64,000 nt of DNA from Acanthaster planci (Eukaryota). Below are positions 12,370-24,800 of the stretch, one piece after another (within the stretch, counting starts at the first letter, position 1; every line of letters begins with the position of its first letter). The DNA lies in the NCBI RefSeq assembly GCF_001949145.1, contig NW_019091360.1, forward strand, positions 1 to 64,000. Direction: 5' to 3'. Both the position numbers and the translations under genes were made by a program. The notes beneath the pieces are model-generated. The model searched no databases. It saw only the letters and a program-made list of their open reading frames with translations, and had not been told where the DNA came from.

Positions 12370-12520
12370 ATATATGGCTGTATCAAGCAGTACGCGCAGT
12401 TTTTCCACACCAACTTCAGGAATGAATCAGTGACACCCAAGATGCTCCTCCTGGAAGAACATGTCGTACCTTGGATCTCACGATGGCAAGTGGGCCTTGG
12501 CTTCAATGGTGGACAAGGAC
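12370..12520 (+). pseudogene. DDE transposase C-terminal relic (Sola2/Transib-like TPKxH...H...GLG motif)
   Basis: FHTNFRNESVTPKMLLLEEHVVPWISRWQVGLGF resembles the TPKMH..EDH..W...GLGF.GEQG motif. Isolated and degenerate. Confidence 0.5.
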
Positions 12521-14440
12521 AAAATACGTAGAGAAGTCAGAGGGCTGACTGACAATGTGAGTATTCTGAAGTCTGTGATGTCCACTCACTGCATACAAAT
12601 AAACCCAACATAAGATTCAACTTGATCACCTGATGATGGGTTGTTATGTTGTCATTATTCTGTCTTTCAAAGTTTACTAAGATTGTCAGACAGGTTAATA
12701 TTTAAGGTGCTGTAAACATTTAGTGGTATCTGAAACTAAATTCTAGAATGGCGTTAATTGCATTTCAGATAATGAATTTCATTTCAGATTGATCAAAACA
12801 TTCAACAAGAAATACATTATGTTAACCTAATGAGTACTGTGATTATAAAACAGCTGTCAGTAGTTTATGATAATCCCTTAGTTGAAAAAATTTTCACCTC
12901 ACCATTGTAATAATTGATACAGCTCATTAAACTTAATAATCTGACTGTAAAACTGACCGAATGTGAGAAAAAGTAAACAAAAAAAGGCCATTTGCAATAT
13001 GTTTGCTGTTCAAATGAAAATATGTAGAGACTTCCTGGTCCAAAAAGTTTGTTTGCCTTCTCTCGTGACCCTGTTTATCACATGTGGAGAGAAAAAGAAA
13101 TTTAAGACAATTATGATTTTTTTTACTACGACTTACCGTGGACTCAACTAACACATGAAGATAGAAGTGATCAAGTCACCAGCAGTGTGATGGCAGTTGC
13201 AAGCCACGCACAGGCACGACACGTACATGTATGCATCTGCATCGGAACACTGACATAATACTAACACCAAAGAAGTGGAGGATACTCGGCAACACTGATT
13301 TCTTACGGTGTGCCAATCATCTAATAACTTTGTTTAATCTGTATTCAAGAAATATCTTCTAGGTAAGACTTTGAGAAAAGTGGTGAACATGGGAAAAAAT
13401 ACCTTTGAAAATGCCCCAAAATTTAACGCGGTGTTACAAAATTGACAAAATTATGACATGTTACATTACCTTTTCCCCAAGAAATACTGGTTATTTTCCA
13501 GCAAAATGACAAAATTTATTAAGCTTAACCCATAAATATTCCTTTTAAAGCAAAAAAATCACAAAAACTTCCAAAGATTTTTGATTACGAAAGATGACTG
13601 ATTTTATCCAAATATTTACCGGAAGCAGCCATATCAATGGGACCTTTAATGCCACAGTGCACATGCGTGAAAACTAAGCAAGTTGGTGGCACATACGTGC
13701 TCTGACTCTCAGTGAATGGTGTTATATTTCAAGTCTTTTTTGTGTATAGACATGTTGGCCTAGAACTCAACATTGAATTTAGCCTTAATCCTATACAAGT
13801 GGAAGATGTTCAGACTTGTGAAGCAGTACATTCATTCTCAGGTTGGGCTGTATGTTATCTTTGCAGTGTAATTTAATAAGTATTTACATGTTTGTTATAT
13901 TTATGTACGTATACTTATGAACTTTTCCCTTTTCATTATACTTTTAACCTTTGTAATGTGATTGATGATGCCAACTTCCGCCTCCTTGTGCGTGGTCGTG
14001 TATATTTGACCTGAAATCTGCAGCTACTCAATAAAATTTGTCAATCTGAGCCCAGTTTCCTACCCCTAGAAACTGTAGTTGTATCAATACCATGTTTCTA
14101 GCGTATAAGCCACACTTTGGCATGCATCAAAGCATTGACATTGGTGAACCAAAAACTACAAATAATGCTTCGCTGATAGGAAGTGATAATATCACGGTCG
14201 GAGGTCGTGCACAAGTATCCAACCACAGTGCAAAGCCCAAAGCCTAGTTCTTCCCAGCGTCCTGCTGGGGCGCGAGTGATGAGCGAACTGTGACCACATC
14301 GAAACTGTACATTGGACAATGCGATGCTTAGGAATCAGCCATCCGTGCGCCAATACATGGCATGCTTTTTGTGAATGGTGCTCTATGTCAGTGTGCCGTG
14401 ACGTCGTCTCCAGGAAAATTTAAATGGCTCTATGAAGAAG

Positions 14441-14514
14441 ATGGCGACTTTTGAGCTCAACGACAAGAGCGACATTCCCGATTTGAAGGGGAAATTCCTC
14501 TTTTCATCCCATAG
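14441..14514 (+). CDS. Candidate first coding exon of an unidentified gene or transposon gene
   Basis: aagATGGCG start, MATFELNDKSDIPDLKGKFLFSSH, strong AG|GTAAGC donor; CCAAT and TGACGTC motifs upstream. Confidence 0.3.
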
Positions 14515-15230
14515 GTAAGCAAACCTTATCATCATTATTGGAATCTCCAATGCTCACTTATAGTCGGGTGCATCGGACACTGTAAGGACCATTTTGAATG
14601 CGAATCCCAAGGACTTTGATTCAGGGTACATACCACAATGCACAAGCTATTTTGAATGACATGAATTAATGGACTGATGGAGTGTATGGAGGGTACTTGG
14701 ATTCCACGTGTATTACTCGACTGTGTCCAAATTATACAAAAGGCCATTTGCAGTCTAAATTACTTGGACTACAACTGCCAGGAGTGTCCAGCCTATGGCA
14801 AGACATGCCACAGCTCCCATAAACAGAACCAAGGAAAGAATTCCATATAGGATGCCAGTTACTCCCTATGATGACCTAAAAGTATATTATTAGCTATCAC
14901 AAAGTAAAAACACGTCCACAAAAATCAAATTAGGAGGGATAATGCCGAGTCAAGTCGTTTACACAGAATGCAGACTTTTGCAGACCAGTCTCTAAGGGTT
15001 TATGCACGGGGTGTCAAGTGGCGTCCTTATATTGAACTCTTTCCAAGAATGACATAAGCCTTGGATGACACAAACCTGAACCTGAAGCTTGACATTCACT
15101 CCACTACACACTCCACTTGTGAATAGCACACACATTCCCCTTGACTTCACACTCGCGGTAGTCCAGGAGCTAGGCAAGGTTTATTTAACATAAAACGTTC
15201 AAGAGGTTTGGGGTGCCGGATTTAACAGTT

Positions 15231-16520
15231 GTCATTCTTACGTTCCGCCAGTGGTGAGTGTGGGAAGAGAGGGCGCCACTTACCCCCCCCCCAAAAAAAA
15301 TTTGATTTAATTACCATGCAAGGTGCAAGTTCCATCGCTATGCCAAATGATTAAGGGCACCAATCAGAAATGTAAGAATAACATTTCCAGTGCAAATGCC
15401 ACTTAAGAATGGCATTAATTAGTGCTAATGAGGGTTTTAATTAACATGAAATGTATAAGTTTGAAACCAAGTCAGGAGGCAAAAGGGTGGTGGCCTCATT
15501 CAGAATCACTAACATATTATGGAAACTATGGAGGAAAAAAAGGACACTTAAGAATAGGTCAAAGGTTAATTATACTACCCTTAATTGTAACGTTTAATTA
15601 ACATGGAAAGTACATGCTTAAAACCACACAGGCATGGTTGAGAATGTTGCCCTGCTTCCAGATTGCGAACGTAATGGACAGGCCACTTCAGGACATGTCA
15701 ATGGTTATACATGGCCAATGTACAATGCGACTGATTGTCTGCTATAGCTCCCCTTACAATTATGGTATCAGGAAGTCACCTGTCCTTTAAGACAACAGTT
15801 ATGCCTGTAAATATGTGAAAGAATTGTAACCCCTCCAACAAGTAGGCTTATCAAGTTTTAAACCTAGTGTTTAGTGCGCTAGCAGGTGAGTCAAAAATGA
15901 TATATTTGTTTTCCAGCAGCCCCACCAACTGCAATGCTTGTGCTAGTACATACACGCTGTCGATACGAAGGCGGACATAGGTTCAGTGAAGTGGAATCTC
16001 ATTGTCTCTACTATAAGTGGGTGATAAAATAATAAGGGGTGAATTTAGTACCATGTTTAGGCATTTTGCCCATATTTGACGAAGTTAGAAGTAGTATTTG
16101 CAAGACTTTTGATATCCTTACCCCTCCTCATTCCAATCTGCTGTACAAGATACATGTATGGCCATTTTAATTAGTTTCTGGCTTAATCAGTGATCTTTGA
16201 CCTGTTCTTATTTGACCTTTCCACCACAATTGTCATTCTTATGTGACGCCACCACCCTCTAGCTTCCTGACTTGATTTCAAACTTGTACCTTTCATACTA
16301 ATTAAAACCCTCATTAGTATAAATAGCATTGTTCTTAAGTGACATTTCCACTGGAAATGTTATTCTTACGTTGCTGATTAGCATTAAGTGTGGTGCCCTT
16401 AATCATTTGGCATAGCGATGGAACTTGTACCTTGCATGTTAATTAAATCCAATTTTTTTTGAGGGGGGGGGTAAGTGGCACCCCTTCCCACACCCATCAC
16501 TGGCGGAACATAAGAATGAC
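15231..16520. mobile_element. Non-autonomous TIR/foldback element with long (~250 bp) inverted arms
   Basis: GTCATTCTTA...TAAGAATGAC termini. 15231-~15490 is the inverted complement of ~16255-16520. AGTT flanks both ends (possible 4-bp TSD). Confidence 0.85.
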
Positions 16521-19500
16521 AGTTCTGTGCAAGGGTAGGCAACTGCTACACCCATAATGCCCCAAACCTTTTCTACACCTTCCATGTTAAATACACCTGG
16601 CCTACATGGCCTAGGTCCCAAGCTATGGTGCACGTTGCAATGGCCAATCCATACAACTCTGTATTGATGTTATCGCACCACCCAAGCTAATCACGTACCG
16701 CTCTAAATCAACAACGCTTGCAGCAAAATTTGGGAGGTCTTGAAGTAAATCTTGTCCACACTGGGATTCTGCAACCGAGAATTCACAAATTTACAACAAT
16801 ATCTAACAGATGTTAATTTTTAACAGAAGAAAAGCAGTATTATCTTTTCCAACCCCCCAAAATCGGTTTTGTAGACATAGGCGAATACACATTTGATTTT
16901 TCACTTTGGGACGTTCAATATTTGTCTGAAACGGGGCAAAGAATTTGACTTATTTTAATGACGTATTTCATATCTTATATTTCACATATTGGGTTTTTCT
17001 GAAGAGTGAGACTTCATTTCATGGCAAAATGCAATTTTATTTGGAGATAATGCAAGGTAGACAGTACAACACAACTTAAAGTTCAAATTGCCTGTTCATT
17101 AAATGAATTACAAAACTAATGCAGTAAAGAATGTATTTCGAATGACTGTAGGTTCTCCTTAATGACTGCTCCATTTGAAATTGGAAACAGTATTTGTCCC
17201 TTAAGTGATACACAACATGTTTTCATTTTTGACACAAATGTACATTAACTTCATGTACACAATCTTCAATGTAAAACACAAGCTACATTTAATGCAATGA
17301 AAAAAAAAAGACAATTACAAAACTTTCAGTTTGGATGCTGCAATCAGTGATAAAGTACCAGACTGTGTAATATCTGTATCTATTTGATTAATATACGAAG
17401 AAAATAAATTAAAAAGGCAGTGTACACAAAACCATTTTCAAAGTTAAGGTTTATTGTTATGGGCTGGATTCCCCAAATGATACTTTCCCATGTTCAGTCC
17501 CCATTAATAATGCAAGCTCTCAGTGTTGCTGCACTAATTACATATGTGTACTTTGAAATGACCGGTTTCACTTTTGCCATGTCCATGTAAAAAAATATGT
17601 GTTAAAATGCAGTTTGTATGGAACGTAACGGGCATTGGTACATTAAGTCCCATGTTGATTATTGAATGACAAGGCACCAAACACCAAATAAAACAAATAA
17701 TATGGCAACCACACAGAAAGGAAAAATGCTCTTTTAATCATCTGTTGTTGCCATCTTGGTATGCATCCAATTTATGCCACCTCCAAAGTAGTACTTGAGA
17801 TATGCTGTCTGTATATATTCCAAATATTCAACAGTAAAGGGGACATGTACATGTACAGATACCGCCCACACTGGTATATCTACATTGTTTTTGTCTTCAT
17901 ACACCACAGGGCTGGCATGAGCTGCTAACACAGCTGAATCGCAGTAACAGTAGAGGGTTCCAATATTGATTGAGACAAATTCTACTGGAGTTGCAATGCA
18001 AATCCAGTCTTCAGCCAAGACTAGTGTCCGTACTTCAGCATGCCCTGGATAGTTTTGCATTCACAGCTATGCAGCTACATGCTGGTTCCAAATTAGACTG
18101 TGGGCCTGTTCGTTTCAAATCTTGTTAGTTTACTGACACCACAACCTGCCCAATGAATGGAATGAACCAGCAACGGGATCACTGATTGAGATCCCTGTAA
18201 AACAAATTAACAGGCCCTGAATTCAAGCGTTGGCCATCTTCAACAGAAAGTGAGATTAAGTTTTCATTTTGGGAACCTTACAATACAAAATAACAGCAAT
18301 GAAATAAAAGTCTATTACAAATTAATGCTGTTATCTAAATGATATAACATTTAAAATTGAAGGATTGGAATCTAACACAGTCTGACACCACCCCATTTAA
18401 CATCGAAGAAGACAGATTCACAGAACAATTGAAATACCTTCCCATGAAAAAAGGTCTGTTCCTCCACTGGAATGTGCAGGGACCACTTAACAACTCTCAT
18501 CATTTAAAAATACTTTTACAAATCTGTTATGAATAGAATGATAATATAGAGGATTTAAAATTTTAATAAAATCCCATATTTTCCGGCTATAAAATGCTAT
18601 GCATGAAAGTCTTTACAATGCACATATCACACTCAAGCCCAAGGTATCAAGTATAAATGCAATACTGAGCCCAATCCAAATTCATTTGCTACCTCTGGTG
18701 GTAACTTTTCGACAGATGGTATAGACAGGTCTGGGTACAATACAAATAAAATTCCCCATAACCTTTTCATTTAATAGCAGAAATTGGATTTTTTTTTTAT
18801 ACGTCATCACAGTATACTACAAAATTCCATAAATGACTCCCAGCAAATTAATTTAAGATCTTTTTTTCCCTGAACCTGGAAAACCCCTTTGTTTTCTATC
18901 TTGATCTGGCCCAGCCTGAACATCGGTGATGATTTGTTCCTTTCACAGACCTGCAGGTACTCCCTCTACCGTTTGATCTAAGCTAATTACACTGACCTGG
19001 GCCAACCCTAGTAATTGCAGAAGTAGCCATGACATTTTTAGTTTCAAACATGGACCTCTATACACATTTAGAAAAATTAAATTCAAAAGTATGCTTAGAA
19101 AATGCATTTTTCATGAGGCGCTAAGAAAACCAGAACCTTTCTGTTCAGCAGTGTCTGCAATGCTATAATATGTCAATTGTACTTAAATAATTGCTAAAAC
19201 TACTGCACAAAAGCACTGGCATATCCATGTTGGAGATGGGAGAATAACATTCTCAATAACAGTCCATTTTTTTTCAATTATGTTCAATAATCCCCATCCC
19301 CAAAAAGGGTGGAACATGTAGCACCATTTCACGAATGCAGGTGCTTTTAAAAATCACAAGACTGGAAAATGAAACGGAAGGACAAAAATTGGTTACATGT
19401 CCATGGGGCATTTTAAAAATTACCCTTGAGCAAAAGCACCCCCTCATTGGTTAAAAAAGCCATGTTTGTGGTGGTGTTAAAGATGCAACTGAATTGTTTG

Positions 19501-20557
19501 CATTTTTTTTCATAAACCAGTGATATGTCAGTTACCACCAAAGAAGCCTCTGTTGATAGGAAAATTATGCCCTCTCTCAGTACAGCTGGGGGCCCATTAA
19601 TTACACAGCCGTCTGGGGATACGTTATGAACTTTCCTATGGGAAAATGGTTTCACTGCCAGTCTTGAAAGGTGACAAGTCTTCATTGTAAGCTTCTCTCC
19701 AGTTAAAATGTTGAAAAACAAACTCTCCAGAGCCATCATTACATCCTTCATTTAAGTTGCGTTTCCCAAGCGTATTGTGTAAACAAAGTTCATGTTGAGC
19801 GGAATAATGAATAATAATAATAACTGTGCACTTGATGGCTGCTTTTTCCTTAAATGCACTAATTCCCTGCTCAGCACTAGAACATAGTAAAATTGCAATC
19901 TGGTTATTTGGGCCAAATTGTGCAACTATATGGTGATCAAGTGTAAAAGACTAGACAAAAGTGAGCTGAGCACTCAACATTAAGTCATTTATCGGTACCA
20001 TTTTGTTCACTGTTTTGCACGTACAGTACACGTACGTCTACTGTGCTAAAACACAAAAATAATCCAACCGATGAAAGACTAGAATTCCAAATTCCTAGAA
20101 TAAAGTGCAAATTAGGGCTGTGCCTGTTGCCCATGTGCATGTAAATGTAGGCTAACAGTGTCAATCAAATGATTAAATTTCTTAACAAGTTCTCTAAATG
20201 TGTGAGTAGTTGCTACATGGGCCCTTACACAGAAATTCTTAACTGTTTGGGGGCTATAGTACAGTTTGTTTTGTAAGGAAACAAGAGGGTTTCATGAAAT
20301 AAACTTGGGAGAATAATGTTTAATGAGACCCAAACTTTGTAACCTGATCTAAGCTGACCTCAAAAATCTTTCCCGCCCTTACGCATCAGAGAAAATATGC
20401 CCTAATCCTGGCAACAGTCTAGGTCAACAACAATTTCAAATCAAATCAATTTCAAATTTCAATTCAACAATTCAAATGCTGAACATGTACAACTCTCTCT
20501 CAACACAGCAACAACACTGCAAACTCCATCTTCTGCGAGAAGCTTCTGCAACTCAGA

Positions 20558-20777
20558 TTATGTGGATTGGATGGCACTATTGGTCCTTTTAATGCCAATC
20601 CTCACAGTAGGAGCAGCATTTGGGGGATCTGGCGATGCAAGTGGTATACTACTCGGTGGCAGAGCAATCAGACGAGGACGTGCCGTCAAATTGGTTTCTC
20701 CAGTGCCTGCTTCAGTGACAATGTTGAAAAGGCAATTCTCAAGAACAGACTCCAACAGAGTAGCAAACTCAGGCAGC
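20558..20777 (-). CDS. CFAP65: CFAP65-like, terminal coding exon
   Basis: tccttcag acceptor. (R)LPEFATLLESVLENCLFNIVTEAGTGETNLTARPRLIALPP...IQST* resembles, from memory, the CFAP65/CCDC108 C-terminus ([42 protein letters not shown]). Confidence 0.88.
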
Positions 20778-22745
20778 CTGAAGGACGAAAGCAAAGTTTG
20801 TACTGAATGGTCATATGTAAAATGAAAGAGTATTAAAGAGCCCTGAACTATGCAAAAAAGCCACCTTTGATTTCATAACCAAGACGATTTATTGGCTCTT
20901 CCACAAGTCTGGCATCTTATCCACAATCTGTGGAAAACACATTCTTTTTGTTTTAACTTGTGCTTTTTGCTTCATTTGAAAAACTGTTTACCATTTTTTT
21001 CTTTTTTTTTGGTACAGACTTTTTAGTACATAAATAAAGTGCCTTTACAAGTCCAGGTCTTTATCAAACTTCTACAAAAATAAAACCACTGTGCATAGAT
21101 ATTTCTTAAAGTATGACATCAAGATGACGAAATAAAAGTTACGTGACATGCCTTCAAAGTTGTGTTCTTTGCAGGCCCTTATTTCCAGAACTGTATGTCC
21201 AATTGATTGTATATAACGGGTTTGCCCTTACCCAACGTNNNNNNNNNNNNNNNNNNNNNNNNNNNNNNNNNNNNNNNNNNNNNNNNNNNNNNNNNNNNNN
21301 NNNNNNNNNNNNNNNNNNNNNNNNNNNNNNNNNNNNNNNNNNNNNNNNNNNNNNNNNNNNNNNNNNNNNNNNNNNNNNNNNNNNNNNNNNNNNNNNNNNN
21401 NNNNNNNNNNNNNNNNNNNNNNNNNNNNNNNNNNNCAAATGAAGCAGCGGGTACCGCGAGCTATTTTCAAGATGTATTTTTGCGTTGGGAAGATGTTAAT
21501 TGTATATAACGATGAAAACATCATCTTACACAATCCAAAGACCTCAGAGCACATATGTTTCCTGATATATGATGTCATGATGGGATGTCATCGTGTAATT
21601 TTTGATGAAATTTTGAATATTTAATTTAACCCATTCACTTTGTACAGTTTTTATGAGGCCATTTTGATCATTTAGCAATTTTTCATCCCCATCAAAGTTA
21701 CATCAATCACAGACTTTAATGCCAAGATAGTCCCCGAATAATGATGTCATGATAAAGTCATCTGTTGCCAATTTACAAGCCTAAAATATCAAATCAAATA
21801 TATGTTCCCTTGCATTCCTTTTGCTGCGAGTAGTACAATAAACTTAGAATTTCAATTTTTTGTTGTGTATTTAAAATCACCTGTACCATGCATCTGGGTG
21901 AAACCAGAACTATTTGATATTGGTCATAAATATGAATTTGATATTCACACCTGCCCAAAGGGTAGATGGAAACACACATGATATAAATTGCAAGGTCTCA
22001 ATGATGCTCACCCACAAAGGATACTAGATATATAGCAGGAAGACTTCTCCGAAGTGGGGTTGAGGAACTTTGGTATTGCTCATTGCTGATATATGAACTG
22101 CCCTGCTGTGGGTAAAATCTGATTGTAAGATACCTGCCAGGGGACAGGGCGCATATGTGGAAGGGAATTTCCAACATGCCACTTTGCAGATGTCGACAAT
22201 AGTCACCCTTGAAGTATGCCCATGATGTGCACATCTCCCGAACAGACTTTGAGTGTTGTCAATATGAAGCCAATCTATACTTACAATTTACTACTGGCTA
22301 TTAGAGCAGGCAGTGGTGTCATGTGTCACTGAACAAGGAGATGAGTTGAAGTAATGAATGTACCAGGAAAGATTAGGGTCTTGGATAGGCACAGAGTTTT
22401 ATCAATAAGACTCCTGAGTGAGAGTTGATGTTCGTTTCAAAGATATCTAGAGGTTCAGAGTTAGGTGAATGATATTTAGTCTGGAACCGCAGTTCAGGGA
22501 TGAAGCAGGTTCCGTGGAGTTCTGACATATTGTGTCCCTTGGTAATGGAAAGTGTGTGCAGTTCACTTTATCAGCATGATGTCATCACCGCTGACGGGGA
22601 GGTCAGTTTCATCCTGGCATGTATTATGAGGAGACGCTTGGCAAATTGGTGTGGGAGGGGTTCTATAGAGCGGTTGAAGACTGCCAGTTCTAGGATAGAC
22701 AAAGATTTCCCCTAGATGTTCAAAGTTTGTGCTTTTGAGATTTAA

Positions 22746-23310
22746 CCACTTCCTGCTGGGGATTCCGGTACCAGACACATAAGCTTTATATGTGTGGCCG
22801 GGGTCTCCGAACTCGAACAAAGGGAACCGGGCCTTGTAACAAAAGACCATACTCGGAATAAAAGACCAGGCTGCTGGGCATTACCGACATTTGTTCACTC
22901 TCAAAAATGGAGATAATACAGCCTTGTTTTGAAACAGTATACCACAGTTTGGGGCATTTAGAGCGAGCTGATTACCACCGCGGACAAAAGCACTCCACCA
23001 GCACTGCTGCACGCTAATCTAGCCCCTGTTGAAAAGAGTTCAGTAGCGCACTGTGCCAGGTTTGTGAACAAAAGAAAGTTATATAACACCACACAATCTG
23101 GGCTCTTTTTACAAGGCTGCAGACCTGGCTGAAATATTCGGGCCTCAATAGATTTTGTCTGTCAGGCTAGAAAGGCCACTAGACAGTCCTTCGTTTGGAT
23201 GTAAGTGTCCAGTAAATGAAGACAGGAATTTTTAAAGAATTTTGAAAACAGAAAAAAATGATAAATATCCTGCCCCAGCACCATTGATAACTACCACCGG
23301 TAGTAAGTGG
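22746..23310 (+). mobile_element. piggyBac-like MITE family, copy 1
   Basis: TTAA|CCACTT...AAGTGG|TTAA. Homologous to copies at 31908, 43255, 49325 and the partial copy at 36612-41990. Confidence 0.85.
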
Positions 23311-23837
23311 TTAAGGTCATCATAAACACTGAAGTGAACTGCTGTGATAGCTAAGCAGTAGTTATGGATCATCACTACTTGACGGCCAAAAAATAAAGAT
23401 GGAGGAAAATCTGTAACGGTAGTTATAGATGATTCAGGTTATGATAAACATTGCTCTGTGCAACAACAAATGAAATGTTGTAGTTGACTGTCAGATATCA
23501 CACCATTTTCAACAAGTTGCCATGGCTACAGTGTCACTATGAAGGCCTGCTACCTTGAAGGATCATTGCACAAGGACCAGCAAGATAGATGTAGAACCTC
23601 CAATTGTAGGTGCCGAATCTTGGATTTTTGAAATTTCTCATGTGCCTATTTCAATTTGCTGAAAAGACTTGATTATGCATGCTGCCCCTTGACCCTCCAC
23701 AATGCACTGCGGTCTTGCCACCATGTTCCTCCTTCTTTTCGAAGCGGAGAAATTCCCAGAGCCAAAGTGGGGAAAGGACGGGTGGGAGTGGCTGGACAAA
23801 GGTCTACACTAATGTGGGGGAGGAGTCTCTTGCATTG

Positions 23838-23866
23838 AAATACCTCTGTCCAGCTTACATATGCAG
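23838..23866 (-). repeat. DIRS internal complementary region (ICR)
   Basis: aatacctctgtccagcttacatatgca is the near-exact inverted complement of the terminal 29321-29347 (cgcatatgtaggctggacaggggtatg). Confidence 0.8.
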
Positions 23867-23981
23867 AGTGGCACCATACCCTGGAAGAAGGTCGGCGACG
23901 GGAGAGTAGTTACTAGAGAACATAGACGGGCATCGCCCAAGCGAACACTCACCAAAGAAAGAGGTATCTACAATGAAGAAT

Positions 23982-24800
23982 TCATTGTTCGGAGTGGGAC
24001 GGTGCTGGATGCTGTCCCAACCGCAAAGTTGCTGCGCCGTGAGTTGTCTCGCTCAGCAGGACATTCTTCAGGTAGCACTTGGTGAAGGTGGAGGGGGATC
24101 TCCAGCAAACCACCTGGCATATATCCGCCAGGGAGAGGCCTCTGAAGTACGACCAGGATGAAGAGGGGGCCCGAACATCATGGGCTCTGACATGAGAACG
24201 GGTCGCCTTGTCATGCTGAGTCGGCCAGTCTTGGTTCATGAAGATGATGGCCAAGACTGTCCATCAGACAATAGTTTCCTTCGCCGCTGGATGAAAGGGC
24301 TTTGTGGTTGTGATGACGAGTCTGGAACCAGGTTCCCTCCCAGCTTGGTCCTGGTGAGATACCACTTGAGAGTACGAACCAGACACCAGTTCTTGTCAGA
24401 GTTATCTCCCAAAAGAGACGTTATGTCGGGGACAAATGTGTCTGGAGGCCGGAAGGCAGGTGTCTGGTTCTTTGTCAGGAACTCGATGGCTGGGATAAGG
24501 TGAACCCGAAGGAGATGGTGGATGGCAGCGTTATCAGATATCGTTGATCCATCACTGAACCACAAGTGAACAGCTGCCAAGGCCGACCAGTAGTTGTGGA
24601 TGGTGCCAATCTGGAGGCCCGAGTGAAAGAGATACATGAAAAAGTCTGCAATGGAGCTTACAGAAGCTTCAGCTGGAGAAACATCATGGTCGTCACACCA
24701 TCTAGTAAAATTTTGTAGTCAATTGTTGTAAATGTTGCGTGTGGACAGTCATCGGCCCAGGCCGCCATGGATGCAGCATCCGTAGAAAGGCCTGACACTC
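23982..24800 (-). pseudogene. DIRS tyrosine recombinase with central deletion and frameshifts
   Basis: TIHNYWSALAAVH (N-terminal SAM-like part) joins directly to IPAIEFLTKNQ; then WCLVRTLKWYL and HVRAHDVRA...DICQVVCWRSPSTFTKCY. The catalytic-Arg segment is missing. Confidence 0.88.

Noticed and set aside
17030..20557. Defined CFAP65 3' UTR and poly(A) site
   Set aside because: Several minus-strand AATAAA candidates exist (e.g. near 17040 and 17452), but the sequence alone cannot choose among them.
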